Source: Candidatus Latescibacterota bacterium (GTDB lineage Bacteria; Latescibacterota; UBA2968). From it: a DNA stretch of 64,000 nt. Positions within the stretch are counted from its first letter, which is position 1. Each line of letters opens with the position of its first letter. Below are positions 60,255-64,000 of the stretch, one piece after another. Position numbers and translations under genes: made by a program. Under the pieces are notes generated by a model that saw only the letters and a program-made list of their open reading frames with translations, was not told where the DNA came from and did no database searches. The stretch lies in NCBI GenBank assembly GCA_965205975.1, contig OZ242195.1, positions 3,584,001 through 3,648,000 of the forward strand, given 5' to 3'.

Positions 60255-61643
60255 CTATATACTCGGCAAAGGCGCCGTATCACCCGTCTCGTGCTGCCAC
60301 AAGCGGATTGACGCCGCCATATTGCGAACGCGATCCCGGTGCTCGGGCGCATCGAACAAATTATTCTCCTCAAAAGGATCGGTATTCAAATCGAACAACT
60401 CGCACTGATCGCCCGCACACAAATTCAACTTCCACCGATCCCCCGTCACAACACAACGCCACGGCAGCGTCGCCACCAAATTGATATCGGGAGTCCCCAA
60501 ATTGCGGTCGCCAATCCCATTCCACTCCATAAACGCCATGTGCGCCTTCAAATCGCGTTCCCCCGTCAAAGCACCTGCCACACTCTCACCCTGACACTGA
60601 TCCGGAATCGGCAACCCTGCCAGATCCAAAAGCGTCGGAACCAGATCCGCGTGACCAAACACCCCATCCACCCGCGTCTGTTCCGCACTCAACCACGGCA
60701 CATGCATCAAAAACGGAACCCGCGCCGACTCTTCGTAAAACGCCCGTTTCTCCCACATGCGGTGATCGCCCGCCATCTCGCCGTGATCACTCGTAAACAC
60801 AAAAATCGTATTCTCCATCTGACCCGTCTCATCCAGCGCCTGCACCATCTGACCAATGGCATCATCCACAATTTTCACATTGCCCAAATACTGCGCCCGC
60901 AACTTCCGCCAATTCTCATCCCGCGTCATATCTTCTGCCACAACCCGCGCATCCGTGGTATTGCGATAAAAATCTGAACGCACGCGATTAAACAGCGAGT
61001 GCCCCTCTGGATGCTTCAAAAATGTCGGCCCCACCGGAATCTCCTCGGGATCGTACAACCCGTCATAAGGTCCCCGATAAGGCGGATGCGGCTCAAACGT
61101 ACTGGCAACGAGCAGCCATGGACGCCCCGTATTCTCGCGAATAAACCGCTCCGACTCCGCGCCCACATAAGCCCCAATCTGCGCGGATGCCGGCATCTCC
61201 GCGCGTTGTTGGGGCGTAAATCTGTTGGACACATCCGGCACAAAACCCTGATCCAGCACCCACTGGTGATACCCACACCCATCCGCAATACTGCACCACT
61301 CGTCAAACCCGTGCTGACAGTTGCCATCATCTCCCAAATGCCACTTGCCCACATACCCCTTGCGGTACGTATCGGGCATCATCTCCGCGATGGACAACGT
61401 CTCCTCCCTCAGCGGAATCCCATTGACCACACACCCATGCGAATGCGGATAAAGCCCGGTAATCAGCGACCCCCGCGCCGGCGTACAAACCGCCTGCGTC
61501 ACATAGGCATTCTCAAAAACAAAACTGCGCTCAGCCAGCGCGTCATGATGCGGCGACTGAATCCACTCATTGCCATAACACGCCATCGTATCCGTGCGCT
61601 GCTGATCCGTGATAATAACTACAATATTTGGTTGACGCGACAT
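60255..61643 (-). CDS. Formylglycine-dependent (Cys-type) sulfatase
   Basis: PNIVVIITDQQR, CTPARGSLITG (CxPxR), GKWHLG, PHPP, TSDHGE, ELFDL..DP.E. Confidence 0.93.
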   Translation of the reverse strand: MSRQPNIVVIITDQQRTDTMACYGNEWIQSPHHDALAERSFVFENAYVTQAVCTPARGSLITGLYPHSHGCVVNGIPLREETLSIAEMMPDTYRKGYVGKWHLGDDGNCQHGFDEWCSIADGCGYHQWVLDQGFVPDVSNRFTPQQRAEMPASAQIGAYVGAESERFIRENTGRPWLLVASTFEPHPPYRGPYDGLYDPEEIPVGPTFLKHPEGHSLFNRVRSDFYRNTTDARVVAEDMTRDENWRKLRAQYLGNVKIVDDAIGQMVQALDETGQMENTIFVFTSDHGEMAGDHRMWEKRAFYEESARVPFLMHVPWLSAEQTRVDGVFGHADLVPTLLDLAGLPIPDQCQGESVAGALTGERDLKAHMAFMEWNGIGDRNLGTPDINLVATLPWRCVVTGDRWKLNLCAGDQCELFDLNTDPFEENNLFDAPEHRDRVRNMAASIRLWQHETGDTAPLPSI

Positions 61644-61742
61644 TGCTATCTCTCCTTTGTCTGAATCAGGATGGGCAGGATGAAAGGATAAACAGGATAC
61701 CCCCCGACACACCCACCAAACCTGCTAAAACCATCCTGCAAA

Positions 61743-62423
61743 TTACGTCCCCTCTGCCACATTATCCAATTCCTGTAACAGCTCTCCATCAATCAAATTA
61801 ATCAATTCCTGCACCGTCTCAACAGTGAGTTGCGACGACTTAAAACCATGGGCAATCGCATCTCGCGTTTGCTGTGCGCGTTTGAGATCGTGATATGTTT
61901 CTCGCGCAATGATCCCTTCAAAAGTCATTTGCTTAAGCAGATAATCGGGCGTTGCAGTCTCACCCTCTATTCCCTCTTTCACCGCCAGGACTCTCAATGT
62001 CGCTTCCGCCAAAGACCACCCCATGAGAAATGCAGCCTCTAAATGCCCATTCTCTACAAAGAAAGCCACTTCCTTAATTTTTAAGCGGATTTCTTCGACA
62101 GTAAATAGCGAAGCTCCATTCACAAAAAATGAATTTTCTGGCCCTAATAAAAACAACTCAAATTTCCAGTCAGCCTCATTTCTGACAACTTTTGCCAATT
62201 CATTGACTTGAGGAAAATCAGAAACCTGCCCACGCACTCTTACTTCGACCACAATATTCTCATCGCCTTTATGTGCAATCAAATCTGGCCGAAATGCCTG
62301 TAAAAAATCAGGTAATTGATCGCCCTGAGGTTCAATCAACACATCATAGCCCTTGTCGCGATATACTTGCCCAACTTTCTGGACACGCTGTCTTTCGCTT
62401 TCCTGAGCAATTAAGTCAGCCAT
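61743..62423 (-). CDS. PD-(D/E)xK (REase_AHJR-like) nuclease-fold protein with a C-terminal HEPN-like domain
   Basis: Y..KGYDVLIEP, FRPDLIAHKGDENIVVEVR; helical C-half AAFLMGWSLAEATLR...RDAIAHG (RxxxxH). Start overlaps the RusA-like stop. Confidence 0.65.
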   Translation of the reverse strand: MADLIAQESERQRVQKVGQVYRDKGYDVLIEPQGDQLPDFLQAFRPDLIAHKGDENIVVEVRVRGQVSDFPQVNELAKVVRNEADWKFELFLLGPENSFFVNGASLFTVEEIRLKIKEVAFFVENGHLEAAFLMGWSLAEATLRVLAVKEGIEGETATPDYLLKQMTFEGIIARETYHDLKRAQQTRDAIAHGFKSSQLTVETVQELINLIDGELLQELDNVAEGT

Positions 62424-62829
62424 TGAACACCTCCTGGTCAGGAGCATCTTGAACGACAATAAATAAAAAATCACCTTCTTGCGTCAATCGTTTAAGTAAA
62501 ATATCAGAGGAAATTTCGACTCTTATATCCTCCAACCTTCGTTTCTGACACAACAGATCCGTTACCTGAGTATCATCTGTAAAAATCGTTTCTTTCAAAG
62601 CATCTAAAATGGGTTTGCTTATGTTATCTACATCTATCTTTGGGGATACATTTTCTTCATAGAAATAGGCAATTTTTATCATAACCGGATCGGCAACCAG
62701 CAACTCATCCTCTGGCCAATGACTTTTCGCTTCATTTTCAACTTTACTGATCCAATCTCGCCGTTTTTCTGCGCGCCTTGTTTGTTGAGAAACAGGAGGC
62801 CCATCAATCACAAATTCAAACGGCAACAC
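62416..62829 (-). CDS. RusA-family endodeoxyribonuclease
   Basis: FVIDGPPVSQQ, DVDNISKPILDAL, FTDDTQV. Confidence 0.85.
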   Translation of the reverse strand: MLPFEFVIDGPPVSQQTRRAEKRRDWISKVENEAKSHWPEDELLVADPVMIKIAYFYEENVSPKIDVDNISKPILDALKETIFTDDTQVTDLLCQKRRLEDIRVEISSDILLKRLTQEGDFLFIVVQDAPDQEVFNG

Positions 62830-63337
62830 GACTATGTCTCTCCTGCGGTATGAGTACGCTCTTTGAAGATTCGGATTCCTTTATTTGGCGTTTCATTTTT
62901 TGGAAAGATAGATATTCTTCAGGCTTAACATACCGCCAAGATTGAGGGGCTACAAAATTCGAGAATAGATTTCTCAGCTTGCTCAAATCAACCGGATTTT
63001 CATATTCCCAAACATCTGTGACTTGCAGAGCATAAGCAATTTCACGCCCTGCATAATAGGCATCAAAACCTTGCTTATCGACGCCAGCGAGTTCAGATAC
63101 CTCGTTCCAAACTTCCTCAGGAGAACCCTGCCAAACATGTCCTACACGGAAGCCGCCGCGAAGTTGCTTGACAGGGCTTGACACATAAATAAACACATCG
63201 CGGCCCTCTATACCCGAAGCAATGCGCCTTCGCAACTCAGCTTTTTTGCGACCTGCAAAAATCAAGTCTGCGTAACGGGGTTTCAGGGACAAGAGCAAAG
63301 GTTGTGTTGTTTTGTTCATGACTGATTCGTATTCCAC
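62816..63337 (-). CDS. ASCH (PUA-like) domain protein
   Basis: LLSLKPRYADLIFAGRKKAELRR, VFIYVSSP, F..YY.G, APQSWRY. Confidence 0.88.
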   Translation of the reverse strand: MEYESVMNKTTQPLLLSLKPRYADLIFAGRKKAELRRRIASGIEGRDVFIYVSSPVKQLRGGFRVGHVWQGSPEEVWNEVSELAGVDKQGFDAYYAGREIAYALQVTDVWEYENPVDLSKLRNLFSNFVAPQSWRYVKPEEYLSFQKMKRQIKESESSKSVLIPQERHSRVAV

Positions 63338-64000
63338 TAAATATCCAAAAAACCGTAGCGTCCGGCACTCAAAAGGGTCTCTCGCGCACGCTCCGCATTC
63401 TCGCGCACGTTATCATCTCCGCTGTCCAATCCTGCCTTCAAAATGGCCTTCGCTTCGTCTTCTGTGCCAATGTAGATGCTTTCGCCTTGATTAAGGGTAT
63501 CAGTAATTTTTGCAAAGCATTCAACGACTTTCGCAGTGTGGCTTTCGAGCATTCCGTTCAATACAGTCAGAATACTTGTGCCCCCCATGTCATCTAACGG
63601 GCCTGCATCGAGAATTTTAGCATAAGTATCCAATCGCCAATCCGGGTCAAAGCATTCCGCTTCCAGACAGTACGCGATCTTTTGCAGTTCTTCCGGTTCT
63701 TTCTGTTCAAGCCGCCAATCAAAAAATGCTACTATACGGTCTATCAAGCCTTGTTCCAAATGCTCACTACGATTTCCCACAGCCCACGCGACATAATTGG
63801 ATAAGCTCGCCCACCGCTGTGGATCGTTTTTGGTCTTCGCGTAGAATCTTTCCAGCAGACTATCTTCGCCCTTAAGTGGATAGACTTCCCACAAATAATA
63901 GGTAAAAAGACGTTGTGCCAGCATGTCAACTATTTCATTGTCTTCAATTTTGGGCAAGTGGTCAAGTGCGAATACAAAATCATCCCTCAGAATTTCAAAG
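63337..64000 (-). CDS. C-terminal part of a large helical protein; 5' end outside the window
   Basis: The frame stays open to the window edge (FEILRDDFVFALDHLPKIED...); the stop TAG overlaps the ASCH GTG. Confidence 0.8.
   Translation of the reverse strand, partial: FEILRDDFVFALDHLPKIEDNEIVDMLAQRLFTYYLWEVYPLKGEDSLLERFYAKTKNDPQRWASLSNYVAWAVGNRSEHLEQGLIDRIVAFFDWRLEQKEPEELQKIAYCLEAECFDPDWRLDTYAKILDAGPLDDMGGTSILTVLNGMLESHTAKVVECFAKITDTLNQGESIYIGTEDEAKAILKAGLDSGDDNVRENAERARETLLSAGRYGFLDI

Overview
Bacterial chromosomal window, about 50 genes, with no rRNA, tRNA, CRISPR array or intact transposase recognised. The gene content (internalin-type LRR surface protein with cohesin-like and dockerin-like modules, sulfatase, PL8 glycosaminoglycan lyase, GH95 fucosidase, PhyH dioxygenase, peptide-type ABC transporter) suggests a host-associated marine heterotroph such as a sponge-type Latescibacterota symbiont; this taxonomy is inference only. 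Housekeeping or metabolic genes: moaB, surE, CCA-adding enzyme, murA (Cys->Asp variant), rlmN, larC, clpP, an OmpR-type two-component pair and CoA-transferase A/B. Accessory blocks: (1) a dockerin-tagged pair at the left edge; (2) a decaying defence island at 17.5-25.8 kb with a frameshifted PLD-SNF2 helicase, a multiply inactivated Eco57I-like methyltransferase, toxin-antitoxin debris and an AAA-DUF4143 ATPase; (3) an AbiEi/AbiEii pair; (4) a tightly coupled operon at the right edge (large unknown protein, ASCH, RusA-like nuclease, PD-(D/E)xK+HEPN-like protein), the best candidate for an undescribed defence system. Also notable: a BpsA-like aminopropyltransferase coupled to a DUF2156 transferase, a beta-propeller fused to an apparently inactive esterase, a probable amidohydrolase-fold oxygenase with a Rieske ferredoxin, and several REP-like repeat families including a 27-bp element nested inside other REPs. 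All assignments come from reading motifs by eye; no database searches were run.
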